Part shown: positions 63,805 to 64,000 of the stretch, in pieces
Layout of the letters: the number at the start of each line of letters is the position of its first letter
Position numbering within the stretch: the first letter of the stretch is position 1
Origin: an uncultured Erysipelotrichaceae bacterium
GTDB lineage: Bacteria > Bacillota_I > Bacilli_A > RFN20 > CAG-826
Assembly: GCA_902802355.1 (NCBI GenBank)
Contig: CADCLU010000002.1
Location: 27,573-91,572 of the forward strand
Direction: 5' to 3'
DNA: 64,000 bases
Translations under genes and position numbers: made by a program
Notes under the pieces: model-generated
Databases searched by the model: none
Told to the model about the DNA's origin: nothing
Seen by the model: the letters and a program-made list of their open reading frames with translations, nothing else

Positions 63805-64000
63805 TTTTGGCATTCGCGGAGAGGTCATGGATCTCATGGATGACGCGGTGAAGGTCCTCTCCGTTAAAGGCCTCCACTTCTTTGCTTTCGTAGGAGGATA
63901 TGACTTCCGAAAGCCTATTGGTCGGGACAAGCTGAACCTCGCCTTCGACGTTTTCGAAACGGCTCACAAAGCAATCCTTGTTGATGAGGACGATGCCGAC
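63794..64000 (-). CDS. 3' end of an upstream gene (5' end outside window), unknown product
   Basis: No Met, so it is absent from the ORF track. Open frame VGIVLINKDCFVSRFENVEGEVQLVPTNRL...HRVIHEIHDLSANAKNAE ends with TAA at 63794-63796, overlapping the next start by 11 nt. Confidence 0.5.
   Translation of the reverse strand, partial: VGIVLINKDCFVSRFENVEGEVQLVPTNRLSEVISSYESKEVEAFNGEDLHRVIHEIHDLSANAKNAE

Noticed and set aside
1-64000. Mycoplasma-type genetic code (UGA=Trp), prophage, IS or integrative element content
   Set aside because: Several well-supported genes end in TGA, and tRNA-Trp has anticodon CCA. No integrase, transposase, recombinase, capsid or terminase-like proteins were recognised in any frame.

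Overview
This is a gene-dense 64 kb chromosomal segment with about 65 CDS, most of them on the minus strand. It looks like a low/medium-GC Gram-positive-type bacterium (Bacillota or Mollicutes-related). GGAGG-type Shine-Dalgarno sites are common, many proteins have lipoprotein signal peptides, and near-consensus TTGxxx-17/18-TATAAT promoters precede the tRNAs. The genetic code is standard: TGA is used as a stop and tRNA-Trp carries a CCA anticodon. I find 5 tRNAs (Trp-CCA, Asn-GTT, Glu-TTC, Glu-CTC, Gly-GCC). I find no rRNA, no CRISPR array and no transposase, integrase or phage genes. Housekeeping content: purF (5' truncated) and purC; a TrkH/KtrA-type K+ uptake set; a CobB sirtuin; serA-serC; gltX; FakA/DegV fatty-acid kinase; a DagK-like lipid kinase; two CNNM/CorC transporters; a GH10 xylanase lipoprotein; and a GntR-ABC module. 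Accessory or unusual content, described in the findings: (1) a compact Tad/Flp-like pilus-type operon at 17.3-22.0 kb, which includes a 59-aa pilin-like ORF below the ORF-track cutoff and lacks a recognisable prepilin peptidase, TadZ or secretin. (2) A TIR-like (COG4271/Cap12-type) domain fused to a helical repeat domain, in a tight operon with CAT-like and HAD genes. (3) An ECF sigma factor translationally coupled to a membrane-anchored serpin-like protein, followed by tandem paralogous lipoproteins that share a duplicated 95-bp leader. (4) An AT-rich two-gene membrane-protein cassette bracketed by a duplicated 37-bp terminator module. (5) A LuxE/LuxC-like fatty-acid reductase pair plus an orphan ACP. 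(6) A GT8-acyltransferase fusion. (7) A DUF234-type ATPase next to a LOG-family gene. (8) A highly repetitive acidic/proline-rich membrane protein. All product calls come from motif recognition by eye. No database searches were run, so family names are hypotheses with the stated confidence.
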